Positions 61,561 through 64,000 of a stretch of DNA of 64,000 nucleotides are shown here, in pieces (within the stretch, counting starts at the first letter, position 1; each line of letters opens with the position of its first letter). Under the pieces are notes generated by a model. The model had not been told where the DNA came from and did not search any database. It saw only the letters and a list, made by a program, of their open reading frames with translations. Source of the DNA: Malacoraja senta (taxonomy: Eukaryota); the NCBI GenBank assembly GCA_038087875.1, contig CM075988.1, positions 8,744,001-8,808,000 of the forward strand. The letters run 5' to 3'. A program made the position numbers and the translations under genes.

Positions 61561-62669
61561 CTGTGAATCTCCCTCAGCCATGGAACCATGTGCTTTTCTC
61601 CATGTTCCCACTACTTCTAACCTCTCAAGCAACCCAGTGTAATCACACTTGTAGAGACAGATGAAGATATAGCATCCCAAGGACCTAAACTCCATCCTGA
61701 TGAAAAGTCATTGATATGAAACACTACCTCTCTCCATTTTTCTCTCTCCACATTTTCAATGCCTGTGTATTCCCTGTGTATTCCCTCCTTCTCTTCCAAT
61801 GAATTTGCCAAACTCCACCTTAGTATCCAATCTTCCTGTCTAAATTTGCTCAATATTTCTATGAAATGATTTATGCTCTTTTGATAGATTAATGATGACA
61901 CATAAATGCATGTTATCACTAAATGGCCATTTGGACAACTTATCGCAAGTTGTGGAGTTTAGGAAACAAAAACGCAAATCTTCCGTCGTTAATTTGTAAT
62001 GGCTTTCCTGTGCATTCCTAAAAAATAATGAATTGATAAGTGTCCAAAGTTATGTCAGCAGATATAGTAGCCAAATTGAGTATTGCAGCTTCTCAGTAAC
62101 AATAGATGATTGAAATATTAAATAGTATTTTGAAGGATTGGATTGAAGGAAGAATGAATATGCAGAACATGTCCAACTTTGATAAAAGTGCGGAGCAAAG
62201 AAAGAAAACAACAAAATCACCAGACATCTGTTTGGAATGGGAGAAAAATATTCTGCTTCCTGAGATTAAAAGTTAGACCAATTTTCGGAAGGTTGTGTCA
62301 ACTATTTTCGGCTCTGCTTCTAACGAGGCTTCCTTTCCATCAGCTGATCTGTGTAAACAATCAAGTGGTACACTAAGGAGAACTCTAGGACATTCCTATT
62401 CCTCCCTACATGGTAAACGCCCAACACTCCCCTGAGCATAGCTGTAGCTCAGAGATAAAGTATCTTTCAATGTTTACTGCTATAATTGGGTTCTGTTTTT
62501 AAGTAAACAAACGTAAGTGATGGGCAATAGACACCATAGTTTGAAAATGGCGTGCTCTCATGGCATTTGTGCCCTGCTGGTCTTGTATCTGCTGCTAACA
62601 TTCTGCAACGAGGAACTTTATGAAATGTTGAAAGGACAGCAAGAGGGAAAAGAGAACGATGGGCTTGCA

Positions 62670-62886
62670 GATTGACACAAAAAGCTGGAGTAACTCTGCG
62701 GGTCAGACAGCATCTTTGGAGAAAAGGAATAGGTGACGTTTCGGGTCGAGTCTGAAGAGTGTAGAATGGTCTCGATCCGAAACGTCACCTATTCCTTTTC
62801 TCCAGAGATGCTGCTTGACCCGCTGAGTTACTCCAGCTTTTTGTGTCTATTTTCAGTTTAAACCAACATCTGCAGTTCCTTCCGAC
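62670..62886. mobile_element. Penelope-derived fold-back element with 14-bp TSD
   Basis: acgatgggcttgca (62656-62669) / acgatggacttgca (62887-62900). Confidence 0.88.
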
Positions 62887-63772
62887 ACGATGGACTTGCA
62901 CTTGTGCAACACCACTCAAAATCTCAAAATGCTCCTTGGAAGATTACTGTTAATTAAAGTACTTTTGGATTGTGGTCATTGTGAAAATGTAGGAATCTCA
63001 ACTCAAATTTTTAAACATCAAGAGAACCCAAAGCAGTTTACAATGAATTTGTAGCATAGTTTCACTTGCAGGAAACACAGAAGCCAATCTGCATGCAATA
63101 AGATCTCCCAAGGGGTAACTTAACATTAGTTTATTGATGTGGGTTGAGGAGACAAATATTGGCCAGAACATTAGAAATGATTATCTGGGAGCGTCCAACA
63201 TTATTAATTTTATCTCCCGCACTAAATCTTCATGGTACAGATATATACAGTAATACTGCCCCAGGCCTCAGCTTCCCCCCTAGTCATTTTGACATTTTGT
63301 GAGCATCTGACCACCCTTTCCCACAGCACACTGTGCCCCAACACATTCCCACAGTTTTTCTAAACAGTTAGTACTAGAGGAAACAGCAGGATTTTTCAGA
63401 ATAGATTTAATAACTTTAAGTACATTACGTGACTATGTTTCCTGCAAGAATTAGTTCCACCACTTCCCCCTGCCAGTCTTCTGCCTTTCTTTCCATAATC
63501 TGTTTAAGTCTGGTTCCTGGGGGCAACTTCCCTCATCGGAAGTTGGATCTGAGTTTTGTACGTCCTGTCACTAAAGAGCAAATATATCTTCTCTACTTTC
63601 ATTCAGGAAGTCTGCTTGATTAGAACAGGTTATATACCATCAGACCACAGAAGGGGTAGCTCTGCTGACAGTGGAAGGCAGCTTCGAATCTTTGGTCAAC
63701 CATGCTGACTGGCATCAGAGCTGATGAACGAAACAGCAAAGAACCAACAACATTTGTTTAAGATGTTAAACG

Positions 63773-64000
63773 ATGGTTGCAGCAGTGGCACTGTGGTAGA
63801 GTTGCTGCCTTACAGCGCCAGAGACCCAGGTTCGATCCTGACTATGGCCGCTGTCTGTACAGAGTTTGTACATTTACCTGTGACCGCGTGGGCTTTCTCC
63901 AGGTGCTCAGGTTTCCTCCTACACTCCAAAGATGTACAGGATTGCAGGTTAATTGGCTTTGGTAAAAAAATTGTTAATTGTCCCTTATGTGTAAGATAGT
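63773..64000 (+). mobile_element. HE1-like V-SINE, runs off window end
   Basis: B box GGTTCGATCC and V-domain. Confidence 0.88.

Overview
Eukaryotic, repeat-dense, essentially non-coding DNA. The repeat inventory (HE1-like V-SINEs, CR1/HER1-like, Rex1/Babar, RTE and L1 LINE fragments, Penelope/Neptune relics, Harbinger-type MITEs) points to a cartilaginous fish, probably a skate or ray; this is inference, not a database result. One host-gene feature is supportable: a probable first coding exon at 11933-11987 (+). It encodes a signal-peptide-like MDAMKLTLWFLVAVAVND, has a phase-1 GTAAGA donor, and lies behind a CCAAT/GC-box region. The remaining ~52 kb would then be intron 1. The main discovery is two sequence-distinct short retroposons on the minus strand (27848-27988 and 30860-31043). 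Each has a 10-11 bp target-site duplication and an (AAG)n tail, and each starts at (or within a base of) the first nucleotide of an HDV-like self-cleaving ribozyme fold. The second is strikingly similar in sequence to the mammalian CPEB3 ribozyme as I recall it. The abundant fold-back elements derive from a Penelope-like 3' end, carry a minimal hammerhead-like motif, and repeatedly show 14-bp TSDs. There is a 200-N assembly gap at 4414-4613. Boundaries of degraded repeats are approximate, and not every degraded copy is listed.
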